From assembly GCA_013239625.1 (NCBI GenBank), contig MU054323.1, positions 16,000,029 through 16,064,028 of the forward strand: 64,000 bases of DNA. Reading direction: 5' to 3'. A program made the translations under genes and the position numbers. The notes below the pieces were generated by a model. It saw only the letters and a list, made by a program, of their open reading frames with translations, was not told the DNA's origin and searched no databases. This document shows positions 50,131-64,000 of the stretch, piece after piece (the stretch's first letter is position 1; the number at the start of each line of letters is the position of its first letter). Source of the stretch: Lama guanicoe (Eukaryota).

Positions 50131-51211
50131 TTTGGTCTTTTTGGTGATGTATAATGTGGTGGATGTATTTGTGTTATTTTGAGCTCATAATATACCTTCA
50201 AAGGTATACGTAAAATGAGAATAATGATAGCTGCCCTTCCTGACCCTATTTTACGATAGGGTTGTATGGTTCCTAGAAAGGAGATGCTTTGTCATGGGTA
50301 AAACACAATGCAGTGGTGTCTCCTGTCCTCTGAGTTCCTGCCCTGCTGATTTAAGGTCTCTGGAGTGAGATGCTCACTCTCTGTGACAGTCTTTCCCCAG
50401 CAGCCACTCTCTTCTTTTCCCTTTGAGTAAATTGGGCTACGATCCCTGCCTTCTTTGCAGCTTCATGTGGCCCTGGGGCTAGTGGGAGGTAAGCAGAAGT
50501 AGCATGTGCAAAATCATCGTCATGACACAACGCAGGAAGTTGATTGTTCTCTAATTTTCCTCTATCCCCTTTCCCACACTTGGAGGACAGACATGATGCT
50601 GGCCAGCCAGACCAAAAAGCAGTACTTCAGGGGATGGTAGACCAACAAGATGGAGGAAACCTGGCTCACTTGATGATGTGGTGAAAGAGTTGCCCTCCTG
50701 TCACCCACCCCACATATACCAAACCTCCTGAACTCTGTGTGAAAGCCTCCAATTGTCTATCTTGTTGCAGCCTCTGGATTTTTGCAGTCCCTTTGTTGCA
50801 GCAGTTTTGCCTATATCCTATCTAGTGCACTTTCTGAGTCAAAATGTACTCTCTTTGGCCTCTTCTTACGTTGAGTTTCCATAAACATCTATGAGCTTTT
50901 TCCTTCTTTCTCCCATTCTCTTCTCCACGTCATTCTCCTTATTCTTCCTCCATTTTTTTCCCACCAGCCCTATGAGCACAGTTTTTTAAAAACCTATGTT
51001 TACCTTTCTCTCTAAACTAATGCTAACAGTGAAGAAGTTAACTCCTAACTGTGCATGGTTACCTAGCTGCTACAGCCATTCATGTATCAGTTAAAATAGT
51101 AGCCAAGGTTGTGGATCACTTGTTTGTAGCAGACATCCTGCCAAGTTGGTAACATTACGTGGATGATTTAATGTAACTTCATAAAAGCCCTATGAAATCG
51201 GTGTTACTATT

Positions 51212-53453
51212 TTTTTTTACAGAAACAGTTTTTAGTTTTTAATGAACTTATAAACAAGAAAGCTCCCATTTCAAAATAAAAACAAAATCCCAGATCATAT
51301 AGATGTTTACAGTGATTACATTTATCTAAGCAACATACATACATGTTCAGTTGTAAGATGTTAACTAAATTTCTGTGACAAATATGCTTTTTTTTTTAAT
51401 ACCAAGAACATTATAGAGTTAATGCAGAGTCCTAAGGATAATCTAGTAGTCACTAAATTTTTCTTAAGTCTTCACTTTAGATGCTGTTATTTCTAGCACA
51501 GGTAAGCAGGTAGTCTTTCATATGCTCAAACACTGTAATCTTTGGTTGCTACCATATCAGCTGGCTTGCAGACAAGAAGCCAACCATTTTAAGAATGTTT
51601 TAAGTGAACAACTTGCAAACCCCAGGATGGATAAACCCTAAGAACGCACAATTGTGAGCATTTACAACCATCACAACTGTGGCTGAAGACTGTTCATGCC
51701 GTTCTTCTGAAAGGAGATCTCAAAGCAGTACAGTTCAAAACAAAAGATTTTAACAAAAAATTGGCATATGCACAATTTCTCCACCAATTTGTGTGTCAAC
51801 CATTTAGTTTACTTTTCCACTTGAAAAAATGCAATAGTAAACTGGACACCATGTTTCACTATCTCAATTAATATTCACAATTACAGCGGCTACAACTCGG
51901 GACACAGCATCACCAATGCTGCCCAGAGCCAGTTTATACTGAAATTAAGTTCTTTACACCAAGTAAATGGTTGTCCACAACCACTGGCTAGTGTACATAT
52001 GAACTAAAATTTCTAGATTTGAGGAGAAACAAACGCTGCTCCGATCATCTGCTCTGCTCCTTCTGTTCCTCGATTCATGCTTAGAAACCTGTGGGGGTTT
52101 GGGCGGGCTGGCCCTGCCCACTTGAAGAGGCTGCCTGCTGTGCTGCTTTCTGCTTTCACATTGTCCAGTCAAATGTGTATTCATATTGGTGGTTCAGGGT
52201 CCTGAAAAGAATGCGGAATAGCTGCCTCAGGTACATGTAATCTGGGGCTTCTTCAAAGCGCAGCCCACGACAGTAGTTTAAGTACTTGGCAAATTCTGCA
52301 GGAAACCCCTTACATAAAACTTCAACAGATGTGGACATCTTCTTTTCGCTAATTTTTTCATATTTTTGCTTCTTTGTTGCAGCCTTTAGTCCTTGCCATG
52401 GCAGGCTGGTTCTATTAAAATACATCAAAACATATCCTAATGACTCCATTTCATCTCAGCAATTCTGTTCAGTACCAAGATGTGCATTGATGCTAGCATA
52501 TGGAGCAGTGCCAGTGAGATTTTTATCTTCTCTGTAAGGTATGTGTTGCCTAGTCCTGTTGTCTCTGTACTTTTTGGCCAAACCAAAATCAGTAAGGAAT
52601 AACTTATTACAGTGACGCCCAGTACCCATTAGGAAGTTATCTGGTTTAATGTCTCCTTGTATAAAATTCTTTGTATGCACATATTCAATTCTTCTGATCA
52701 TCTGGTCAGCTAACATAAGTACAGTTTTCATTGTGAACCTTCTTGAACAGAAATTGAAGAGGTCTTCGAGGCTGGGTCCAAGAAGATCCATGACTAGCAC
52801 ATTGTAGTCTTTTTCCTGACCATACCACCGTATGTGGGGGATGCCGATCCCACCTTGAAGAATCTTGTAGAGTTTGCTCTCCTACAGCAACTGGGGTTGC
52901 CTGGCCTTCTGAGATTCTAGCTTCACTGCCACTTCCTCGCCATTGGTGATGTTGATCGCCAGGTAAATGTCCCCGAAGGAGCCAGACCCGATCTTCCATA
53001 CCAGTTTATATTTCCCTCCGACAATGAATTCGGCCTTGGGGCCGCTGCTGCTCGCCACCCTGAGAGACGAAGATGGAGGCTGGGGCTAAGCCCTGACACC
53101 TCTAAGGGGAGGACGAAGGCCACTAGAGCTCGTCCACCAAGCAAGGCTGCTGAGGACGGCGGAAATGGAAAATGTTGGCTCTTTCTTGGCGCTACAGGGA
53201 CCAGGATCGGCCAAAGGGAACATGATCGCCGCCTCTGTCAGGTTTCTTTTTGCCAGGCTGCAGATTGTTGAGGGGGTTCTGGCAGTTACCAGGCCAGGCC
53301 ACTTCTTTCTCGGCGGCCGCCGCTGCCTCGTTTTCGCGGTGACATCGCGGGCAGGAAAAGAGGCGCGGTGAGTTAGGGCGGCGATACCACTGCCACCACT
53401 GCTGCCGGCTCCCGCCTGGAGGGACCCCTGTCACTCCACCGACGCCGCCATCC
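51212..53453 (-). pseudogene. CSNK1A1: Casein kinase 1 alpha processed pseudogene
   Basis: Intronless CDS 53058-52081 with both UTRs, poly(A) remnant 51210-51218, and TSD tcggtgttactatt at 51198-51211 and 53454-53467. ATG is mutated to GTG; stops at 52882-52884, 52456-52458 and 52156-52158. Confidence 0.97.
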
Positions 53454-56400
53454 TCGGTGTTACTATTGTTACCACTTTACAGGTGGGTTAACTGGAGTTT
53501 TACAGGAGCCGCATAGCGTCAGCCCTTTGAGGAGCTGGCATTGGAATGCAAGCAGTGCAGCTGAGTCCCCTGGCACAAAGATAATTACAAAAATTTCTCT
53601 CTCATAGGCCCTGGGTTTAGTTATCAGGACCACTGCATTTTTGGTGCTTCTTTATCTGCTATGAGAAACAAGGCCGGGGAAATTTTCACTGAAAAAAAAA
53701 AATGCTACCTTCTGAGGAGACAAATTTTTATGACCAAAGTCCCTGGATTCTAGAACATTTTATTTAATATAGTATTTGGTGACAAACACTATATTAAATG
53801 TATCCATCTATTGTGTGATGCATTCCTCTTTCAGAAATGCAGACATATGGAAACATTTGCATCATGGAATTGAGGAAATTTTACCTGTCAACAGAAAGTA
53901 TCTTACTGAGGCCTTTGATGGTTGTGGGAGAGGAAATTTTCATCTCCATTTTGCTGAGGGGGAAGAACTGACCAGAGGGTTCCTAGTTAGGAATGAGTAT
54001 CTGGGTTTTGTTATATTTGTAATTATTTATTTTTTTAAAAAATGTTTGTAAAATTAAAATATTTGAGTGCCTTACTGTTTTTCTATTTCCATGCAGCACT
54101 GCCCCTTGAAGGTCTCGTTACCTTACGTAATAATAGGACGATATTCATTGTAGGTGGGATGGTTGTGTATTTCAGAATCTCTCTCCCAAAAAAGAAAAGG
54201 TGTAAAGCTGGACTGACTCCCTGCCAAGCTGCTTAGGGGGATTGTCCCTTGTATTGTAAAGTGTCTTTGTTTGCCTGGGGAAGGTAGAATTTAAGACGTT
54301 AATTCAAACAGTGTTGTTGTCCTGTGCTTGCTTCCTAGTAAGTAAAATGTTTAAAAAGACAATGTGGCTGGATCCTGTTCTGACACTAATGCCTGTAATT
54401 CTAGGAGGGTTTGGGGACTGTCTGGAATTGGTAATGTGAACTCTGATTCTTGTAAGTCTCCCTAGATACAGGGCAACCTGTCAACCATACAATTCTGAAT
54501 TCTCTTAATTGTCTCACATGCAGGATGGGGGGCAACGGTAGCATGAATGATTGCAAAATAACCCAGATTGGATGATGCGTGTGCACTGGTGAGCCTTTGG
54601 GTGCAGGTGGGGCTCACATTCTGTGAAATCCCAGCTTTCCCTTGGGCTCCTGGATCTACCCAGGCCCAGGGTAAGTGCTGGTGGACCCCTCAGATGGTGC
54701 TGCCCTGGCTTTGCTCTTGCCTCTGGTGGCAGCAGCCTGGGAGGCTTATTTAAAGCTCCTTTCCTTGAGATTAAAAAGATTGTTCCCTCTTATTTTCTTT
54801 TCCTTTAATTTATTTTCTAGGCTATGAACTTATACCAAAAAGCAAGAGAGGGAGAAAATAGGTAATAAAAAAAAGTCTAAGGTGATTGAAGTGAAGTCTG
54901 ACTAGTAAAGCAGGTCTTAGGTGGCAGAGGTCTCCTGGGTGCTGACTGGCCAAGGCTGGTTTTTAGGGGTGTATAAACTCTCCCTTCTTGTGCCATCTTC
55001 CCTTCTGTGTAGTGGGGTACCCCTGTGGGATTAAGTTGTGTTTTTTCCCTCTCCTCTAGCAAGAGAAGTGCTACTTCCCAGTGTAGTTCAGGATTGAAAT
55101 TTATCTTGGAATCCAATGTGTAGGGAGAGGGGTGTAACCTTTGTATTTGGGGAGTTTGCTAGAAACTGGCTCTCCTCATCAGAAGCTGAACACCAGGAAG
55201 ACAGGGATGGAGTCCATGAGTTCATGGATGCTGGAAATATTCAGGATCCAGTATGGTTTATCTGGTAACATTTTGGTCTCCTAGACTGAGGGTGATGGAG
55301 AACCACTCCACTCCAGAGCCCAGCAGTCGGCAGAGCAAGGGTCCTGCCCCCACCGCCCCTGCTTCAGGTACAGTGCCCCCCAGAGGTCGCAGGTCTCCAC
55401 TGCTCTGTGTCCTGTGGCCATCAGAAGGGAAGCCTGGGCCATCACCAAGATACTGAGCCCATCTTGTCTAGTAGGTGCCCTTTGGCAACCGGCAGCAATG
55501 GGTCACCTAGACTAACCTCTGCTGCCTCATGTCAGGTAATAGATTTTACCTTGAGAATCCCACTGGATTGGCTTCCTCTGATGTGACTGTGGGAGAATGG
55601 ACAGCAAACTTCCTAGGTGCTTGTTAATGTGGAGACCCCTGCTGCCCTTCCACCACAGCAGACTGTGACTTTAGCCAGCTTCTGTGCCTCAGGCATGATG
55701 CAGCAAGGAGAACTTCCTCCTGGCCACTTGCATCACTCTGCTACAGTTAACAAATCAGGACCACAAGGGGAATGTACAGCCCTCAAATGACCCTTTGGGA
55801 GGGGTGCTGCAGGCTTGGAGGAAGATGGATGGGACTTCTGAACTGCAGAGCTTGAGCATTTGCCTCTGGGGGTTGAGGCTGGGGGTCAGGTACCTCCCTT
55901 ACCCCAATTATGTAGAAGCACAGCCTGTACACCTGCTATCAATGAGCGCCTCCACTTGGCACTTGTGAAAATCAGTGTTCCTTTGGAAACCTACCACCAG
56001 AGTCTCTCCCACTTGCCCCAGCATCCTCTGTCTTCTACCCCCATTCATTGCTCAAATCAACTTGATGAGTCTCCACCAGAATCTATGCTTTTCCTGTCCT
56101 CAGTCTTGTGGCTAAATGATCCTTACCTCAAAACATGTTTGTGAAGTCTATAGTGGAGTCCAGGATGTGTAAGATATGAATGTGAGGATGTCAAGTTTTG
56201 TGTGATACTGGGAAACTTCCACCCCAATTAACAACCTCCATTAATTAGTTATATACATCCCCCAGTGGAAGTGATTGAGTTTCTGTGCAATAATTTCAGT
56301 CTTTGTTAGCAAGCTTTTTTCTTTTCTTTTTTCAATCTGAATCATTCTGATTACCTTTCTATCTTGTTTTGTCATCCTGGTACCTTTAACACTGATGCTC

Positions 56401-56476
56401 TGGTATTTCAAAACAACATAATAGAGCCTGGCAGCTCAAGGCATAGAGTAGTGCCTAAAGTGATATATATATAGTG

Positions 56477-56481
<5 letters not shown>

Positions 56482-56522
<41 letters not shown>
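56482..56522. repeat. (TA)n microsatellite
   Basis: Direct reading. Confidence 0.97.
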
Positions 56523-56528
<6 letters not shown>

Positions 56529-57086
56529 TCTAAATATCTGTATTTATATTTAAACAAATTGTTGGAAGTCATTGGGGTTGCTTTTAAAATGAGACATATT
56601 TATTGTGGATGAATCTTTAAATGGGAATGAATGGCTGAAGGTTGTGTATGTCCTGGTTAGAGGGGAAAGGGAAACCTTGACAGAGTAGGTAATACCTGGG
56701 GGTAGAGGTCTGAAAAGTTTTGAGAAAAATAGGCTATGACAGCAAAAATAATAACAGACAAAATAAAAAGCAAGAGTGCAAAAAGAGATCTTATGAGAAA
56801 CGCTTGAGAGAAAATTAGACACATAATATTAATAGAATGGAGGTTCAAGCCAGAGGTAGTTTCTATACAGCAGATAGAAGAGACTAAAAGATTGTATAAA
56901 CCCAGATGTTAAGAACATACCAGTAAAGTTGATGTAGTGTAAGAGAGATGTCTAGACCTGAGTGATTTTGACTAATGATGACATGCTTTAAATGAGTATA
57001 GTTTATGCATCCATATTTCTCATATTTATTTCTTACACTTATGATAGTTTAGTTGTGCAAATGTACCGTGTGGGCTGGACTTGGGG

Positions 57087-57758
57087 TGTTACCAAAAACT
57101 GGGTTGCCTCTTGATGAATGTCAGGCCAAAAGACAGAACCAAGCCAAAGTTGGGGAGGAGGAAGGATTTATTACATGTAGCAAGTAAGAATAACCCTGGG
57201 GATCTCCAAAGCAGTGTCTCCCTGAACAGCAAAATTGGGGAAGTTTTAAGCTAAGGATATATGTATATTCATAAAGAGGTTTGGGTGGTGTATGCATATT
57301 TATAAAGGGGCTTGAGCAGAAGAGAATTCAGCATAGAATTGGGGCGAAGGTTGACAGAATCCAAGCTTTAGTTAATTGAAGTCATGAGGGTCAGAAAGGG
57401 TCAGAATCATCTTCCTTAGGTTCCTGTTGAATCTGGTGGTTGAGTGGGTCTTGAATTCTGCAAAACACGCCAAGAATGTACTTCAGGCTAATCTTTACCA
57501 TTGAAACAGAACTGGGAGTCTTTACAACCTGATTTACTGTTTTGCTGTTGTTCCTTCTCTTGTCTGATATTGTTCCTTCTCTTGTTCCTGAATTCTTTTG
57601 TTCCCTTAAGATCATTAATTACTGAGACCAGTTCAAGGATAAGCATTGTGGCCAGGTTTAGATTACAAAATGGCTTAGGTCAAAAATGACTTCTCTTATG
57701 TCAAGAAAGACATGCCTAGTTGTCTTTCTTCAAGGATCCCCTACCCTATCTGCTTGCA
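57087..57758. mobile_element. Probable solo LTR
   Basis: TG...CA bounded ~670 bp with LTR-like composition; TSD unclear. Confidence 0.45.
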
Positions 57759-58010
57759 GGATTGGCCAGGAAAATTGGGGCAGGTACAGAGAGCTCCTCA
57801 GGGGCATGTTCTTTACATGTCAGGAGCAAAGCTCCAACTGTTACTGCTTGTCTAACACCTTCATGGATCCCTCAAATCAGAAGCAAGGCCCTAATCATGT
57901 GTGCTCTTTATTAGTTATTTGTGGATATATTCCACCCCTCCTGCTAGACTATAATGTCAGTGAAGGTAGATCTGTGTCTGTTTTGTGTGTTTCAGGCTTT
58001 GTCATGCACA

Positions 58011-58435
58011 TGGGTATAGTCAGGCCATTCAAGATCGCTGTTCTCTTGTTCTCTGTACATTTCCCCCTCCTGACCAGATCCTGATTCACTCACATGACTA
58101 TCCAATCCTCTTAATTATGGGGCTTAATTAGTAACTGCCTACTTGCTTGCCCCCTGCCCCAGTTGCTGAGTAGCCTGATGAGCCAACCTAATGTCAATTC
58201 CACCTATAAGTGGTAGCCTCCTTTACCTGCTCCCCACAACGTGAAGATTGCTGCCCTGTCCTGCCTGCTGTCTGCCATATGTGGTGGGGTGTCGCTCCAG
58301 GACCTTGCTTCAGATGTGTAACATCCCCCACCCAATAAGCCATGGGTGTGTCTCTGTCGCTGTCTCCAGGCTCTTTCTTTGCTCTCAAGCCTGGGCAAAT
58401 ACAAGGTTTGGAGGCCTGTAGGGTGTAGCCCAACA
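58011..58435 (+). mobile_element. Probable solo LTR upstream of the CEBPZOS promoter
   Basis: CCAAT, tataa and aataag motifs; ends gcccaaca, the inverse of the tgttgggc start of the LTR at 8455. Confidence 0.55.
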
Positions 58436-58899
58436 ACATGGAACTTTAATAGACTGTTTTATTCCTTTTCTCCTCCTCCTCCCATTCCCCATTTTCGATT
58501 CCCCCTCTTCCTCCTCCAATCTAGTGGGCCAGGCAGGCAGTGACTCTCAAATTTTGATTTACAAACGAATTGTATAGGAATCTGGCTAACACGCAGATTC
58601 TGAGTCAGTAGGTCCGCACAGTTAACCAGCTCCCAGGTGATGCCGGTATTGCTGATTCACACTTTGGGTTGTAGGTTGTAGGAAAATGACTGAGCACAGG
58701 CTTTCAGTGCCCAAGTTCCGGCCCTTACTAGCTGTGTGATTGTGGGGAGGGGGTGAAGGAGGCTACCTCTCACCTTCTCTGTAAAATAAAATACACATAG
58801 CACCTATTATGACATAGAGCTGTTTTGAGGATTCAATGGAATAATATAAGTAGCCTGCAGTCAGGATCGACTTTAAGGAAGAGCACAGTAAGCGGTAAT

Positions 58900-59360
58900 T
58901 ACGGTGTGTGGGCGGGGCCAACGCCGGAAGGGGTGAGGCTGTGCCAGCCCTGGCGCATGCGCAGCTCCGCGTGTACGCGCCTCAGGTAAGACACCTGCGC
59001 GGGACTCTCGCTGGGACGCCGACTTGGGCTCCCCAGAGCGGGGAGTGGGGCGTGCTTTTTGGGGGAAGCCTGGGCAGAGTTCTGGGGCCATACGGAGAAC
59101 ACTCGGTGTTGCTATATGTGTCTCGCCAGAGGGGCGCGGGACAGGCCCGAGTGTTTCCGGGTCGCTCGGCGACCTCGGCCGTGCTGGTTGCGTGGCCGCG
59201 CGGGCCGAGCGTCCTTGGAGCCCGGCGGGTCGGGAAGCCAGGATGCGCGAGGGAACCGGGGAAGCTGGGAAGATGGCTGGAACCGGGACAGCCGGGGTGC
59301 GGGGGCCGCGAGGGGATGAGGATCGCGGGTTGCCAGCCCGAGGCCCATCTCGGAGGCCTA
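58900..59360 (+). promoter_or_regulatory. CEBPZOS: CEBPZOS CpG-island promoter and non-coding exon 1
   Basis: GC box gggcgggg (~58910), ETS ccggaag (58924-58930), NRF1-type gcgcatgcgc (~58953-58962), donor CAG|GTAAGA after 58985. Confidence 0.85.
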
Positions 59361-60360
59361 GCTTTTGCTTAGCTCTTCTTGATTGTTGAGAACCTGGAAA
59401 GACTGCTCTTGTTAATTGAACCCAGGGTCGTAGCTGGGAAACCTTGTTGTCCCATATCTAGAGTGTGAGGAAAGACCTTGCTGTTAGAAATCGTTTTGCC
59501 TGTAGATGCTGAACCGTGTCGAATTCCAGCATTGGTGCACAGATGAGAGGTTTTTGGATGCAACATTGCACGTTTGTCTTAAGCATGTGCACCCTGAATC
59601 AGCTTCTCAGCTCAGTGTGATGTTGACTCCATGGCAGAGCCCTGCTTTTCCTCCAGCCCGTCAGAAGATTGCTTTATTTTAAATTTTGAGTTCCATCCGT
59701 CTCCAAAATCTTGTATAATCTTGTTCCTCCTCTGCCTGTTAGTAATCTAACTTTATCGTGGATGAGTATGCCTTTGGTGGTCTTTATCAAGTGGGTTTTA
59801 TCGGTCATAAACATCTCTCCTGAAGCTGAGGGACTTGGACTGTAAAATGTGTATGTATGTCTTTAAGAAAGGTAAATGCTTTATTATACAGTGTTACTCG
59901 GTCTTTATTTTTTGAACCTCTATCTTCACTCTATCCCAACAAAACAAAATTCTGTTTGGATTCCTTGCACTTGGATCTGGCTGTAGGCAGGCTTTGTTTT
60001 GTTTTTCTCACCCCTTGAACATAATAAAACAACCGCAAGAGAGCTCCCTGTACTGATCATGGCTTATTTCCTGTCAGTAATGTACAGCATAGCAGTAGAC
60101 AAAGCAAAACAAGTCTCCCTTCCAACCTTCTCACCGCCTCTCGGTTATGTGTAAGTTCTTTTTTAACTTTCTCTGCTTCATTTCTCTTAGGAAAGAATGA
60201 TAGTTTTAATCTTTTAGTCCCCAGGGTGATCACATTATCAAAATGAGAGAAGGGAATTTGGCAGTGAAGGGACACCTGGTAAGAATATTAGTCAGATAAT
60301 CCTACCAAAGTAGGGAATTGAATTACCTCCACCCTCAGGCATTGCAAAAAGGAGTCAAAA

Positions 60361-60580
60361 GCGAAATTTGTAGATACTGACAGGCATATGTAGAATAGAT
60401 AAACAAGACTATACTGTATAGCACAGGGAAATACATACAAGCTCTTGTGGTAGCTCACAGTGAAAAAGAATGAGACATTGAATATATGTATGTTCATGTA
60501 TAACTGAAAAATTGTGCTCTAAACTGGAAATTGACACAACATTGTAAACTAACTGTAACTCAATAAAAATTATTTTAAAA
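60361..60580 (+). mobile_element. L1 3'UTR terminal fragment
   Basis: Similar to the terminus of the L1 at 30074 (ttgacacaacattgtaaa...aataaa). Confidence 0.8.
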
Positions 60581-61575
60581 ATGGGGAAAGAATTTGATCA
60601 AATCAACCTCCTCCAAAGATAGCTCTAATGTTCGAGGGAAATGATGTTTACTTTTCCCATTCGCAGGATTGAACCTCAACTTGTCTCAAAAAGCAAGTAT
60701 CCACATAAGCCATTATCACAGCTTTTAGATAAAAAAAATGCAAACGCTAAAATGTATTAGTACTTTTTGCTGGCTGCCCAATTTTCAGGAGCTGTAATAA
60801 ACATATTTTAAACACCAAAACAAATAAATAAATAAAGCGAATGGAGTGAGCGGAGAGAAGGACTGCTGAGTATTAGAGGACGTGCCGTCTCGCAGTGCGA
60901 TGAAGAGCATACATAGGACAATATTGAAAACCTGAGTTTAAAAACCACTGGTTCTCCTGTCGTTCTTGATTTTGGGGTTAGGGAGAGGCAGAGTAAAAAC
61001 GTGGGTTTATTATATTTCATATATTCAGGAAGAGTCATACATACTGTTTTCTTGTTATATAGCACTTTCCTTGTTAGCTTTTACTTTAGAGAAAGAGTAA
61101 TGACTCAAGCCTTTTCTTCCAGTTGGCTTTTATTTTCATTATAGTAATAGAATCAAGATTTGAAGTCTGCTTTTGACTTTTTCTGGGTGATGGTGGTCAG
61201 TGTTCCTCCTCATGTGGTCCAGGGGCCTCTATAAAAGTCACTTTGGGTTGCCGGTAGAAGGGCAGATCACTGGGTGCCAACCCTAGACTCGCTGAATCAG
61301 AATCTAGGGTTTGGGGGATTGCCCATTGAGGCCTAGGAATGTGCATTTTTAACAAGTCTCTTGGGTGATGTGATTAGTTTGAAAAAACTGTTAGAATAAC
61401 AGCTCCTCAGGAACAGGAACTAGTTACTCAACTTTGTATAAAATGCCTAGACTATGGCACATAGTTGAATATATGTTGTATAAATAAATGAAAACCTCCA
61501 GCTATAAACATGTACAACCACTTACAGAATAGGGCATTTCACAAAGAACTTTCACATATCATGCCCATTAGATCA

Positions 61576-61666
61576 TATCTTACTTAATTCTTAGTTCAGC
61601 TAAAAGGATTATTTACTCTATCTTACTTAATTCTTAGTTCAGCTAAAAAGATTATTTACTCTATCT
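61576..61666. repeat. 43-bp tandem duplication
   Basis: Units 61576-61618 and 61619-61661, one mismatch, bounded by tatct. Confidence 0.95.
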
Positions 61667-61935
61667 CCCACCATTCTATATTCTTAGGCAATTTAAAAAC
61701 CTTAGTTCCATAAACCGCTAGTTCTTTTTACAATGCCTTCTTCAATTTTGTCTCCTCTCTGCGCTTTCTTCAATCATGTCTGGTTCACTGTGGCCCTCAG
61801 GCATGGAGGTTGAAAACTAGGAATATGAGCCATGTCTAATACAACGAAGTATACAGTAACTTTGGGATTTTATATAATAATTCAAACTATGGGAATCAAT
61901 TGGAGTTATTCTTATAGATGTGGTATTAAGTTTGA

Positions 61936-62121
<186 letters not shown>

Positions 62122-62896
62122 TAGAGGGCTATATAGTCTGCTAATGCCTTTTAGGTTAAATGGCCTTTTTAGAGAAACTGCGTCTTCAGATTCAATGTAT
62201 TTAAGCATTTTATGGGCACATGAGGGAGAAGCTAAGTGTTATAAATGACTCTTAACTTCTCCCTGAAGAAAAAAAATTGTAGACTAGGGAAGATGTTTCA
62301 CACTTCCATGGATTTTACTAGGTGCGGGGTAGGAATAAACAAGTGTCCCTGGTCTGGCTCAGTTTGGGAACACAGAAAATTCAGCCTGTCCACTATGCCA
62401 CATTGTTTGGTGGACTGAGAAAGCAAGAAATAACATAGCTGAATTATCAAGTAACCAGATTCTCAGGCTAGCAGAGTTCTTCCTTGCACCAGTACTGGGG
62501 GCACTAAGAGCCTTTCCCATGCCACTGGCCATCACTGAAAGTGCTTTGACATTTTGTGGGGGAAATTTTATATTAGAACTCTCAACTTTAAAAATCAGGA
62601 AATGTTTTCTCTTTCTCTGAAGCAGGGAATGGTAGTCCTGGGGTGGTGTCCATCTTTGAAACTTGTCTGTCTTAAAGCACTTCACTGGAACACTGTTCCA
62701 GGATGCTGGTGGATATTCACAAAGTCTCTATACTTTTAAATTGTAAGTAAAGGTATAAAAGAAAACATTACCAGGAGGACTTTAACACAAATGTCTGATT
62801 CCTATCTTATAGACCCTAAAGGTAGTATTAAATTATGGTTCCATGTGTTAATATAATAAGTTTCTAATCATGCCTAATTTTGACTTTTTTCATTAG

Positions 62897-62941
62897 ATTT
62901 CAGGCAAACAATGAGCAAGAAATTTCCCTTCATCTTAGAAG
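62897..62941 (+). CDS. CEBPZOS: CEBPZOS coding exon 2
   Basis: 45 nt, (D)FRQTMSKKFPFILE. Confidence 0.92.
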
Positions 62942-63585
62942 GTATGTTTTTCCTTAAGTAAAAATGACTACAAAACAACTTCCTCAGGTAACCTATAAAT
63001 GAAGTAATTTCTTTGTGACCAGTTAAGGGCTAAATGACTTTAATTTTGTGATGTCAATTTCCAAAATTACTGTTCATCCCCATTTTCACTTCTGAGAATA
63101 CAGAGTGGAGAAAACTTTTATCCAGGGATGAGAGTAGTTAGCTAATGGGCTAATACAGCTAATGGGTGGGTTCTTAATTCTTCCTGTCTAAGAATGTAGA
63201 CTTTGGAATGAGACATATCTGAGGGTGATGGAATCAAACCACAGCTTAAAATTTAAGAGCAATCTCTGGTTTGCTAACTTCTTGGAGCTTTTCTTGTCTC
63301 TGTCAAGTAGAGATAATAATGCCCATCTTATGAACTGTTACGAGGATTAAACAAGATCACATTACATAATTACTTTGCACAGTTATCTGGTACAAAAGTA
63401 ATGCTTAGTAAATAGCTCTCTTTACAATGATTATTAAAGATGCTAGAGCTTATACACAGCATATGTATTCTACCATCATCTTTACCTATCATCTTTTTCA
63501 TTTTACTATGCAGAAATAAGGAAGAAAAGCTTGGTTTTTCTCAATATAGTTTAATTTTAACACTTTTACATGATTTTGTAAATGA

Positions 63586-63687
<102 letters not shown>

Positions 63688-63728
63688 AAGTAAGTAGAAT
63701 TTTGATTTGTGATTTATTTAGAAAACAC

Positions 63729-63865
63729 TCATTTTCTTTGCTTTTTAATTTTCAGAGTGGTTTTTGGCCTCTTTTTGAAATTTCTCTTTCTCTTAATGAT
63801 GCTTTTCACATCTCTGTTGTGTAACCAGTCATCGCGTTCAGCCTCCCATCTAAGCTGTTTGAAAC
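63729..63865 (-). CDS. CEBPZ: CEBPZ last coding exon
   Basis: FKQLRWEAERDDWLHNRDVKSIIKRKRNFKKRPKTTLKIKKQRK*, acceptor ctccaaAG. Confidence 0.93.
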
Positions 63866-64000
63866 CTTTGGAGAGGAGAAGAAAGGTGAGCACACTGTAG
63901 ACTCTTGGAGGCCCCATGGAACATCCTACTGAGTAATAGGAACTTCCGGTCTGCCATGGCCTACAGTCATTTCCCATCCACCATGCAAACCCCCTGCTTG

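Noticed and set aside
52156..52800. Two CK1-alpha ORFs as a functional kinase gene
   Set aside because: Lost ATG, three in-frame stops and HRD changed to QGD: a pseudogene.

Overview
Mammalian genomic DNA (cetartiodactyl, probably camelid judging from its tRNA-derived SINE and young L1 3' ends; the species is an inference). The gene order is EIF2AK2 (PKR, minus strand; promoter plus 11 coding exons giving 396 codons, running off the left end), SULT6B1 (minus, 7 exons, with a 2-bp frameshift in exon 5), an intronless CSNK1A1 processed pseudogene (minus, with poly(A) and TSDs), CEBPZOS (plus, complete 80-aa CDS) and the last exon of CEBPZ (minus). The rest is L1, L2, MIR, SINE, LTR/ERVL and hAT remnants. 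The most unusual region is PKR introns 6-10 (7-15 kb). A recent ~1 kb duplication has put a perfect second copy of exon 10 upstream of exon 9, where inclusion gives a premature stop and a dsRBD-only product. A polyadenylated LTR retrocopy sits in the exon 9 polypyrimidine tract, a 5'-only L1 faces antisense, and an inverted SINE pair brackets exons 7-8. PKR exon numbers follow the human convention (ATG in exon 3). All coordinates were read by eye; repeat boundaries without TSDs are approximate.
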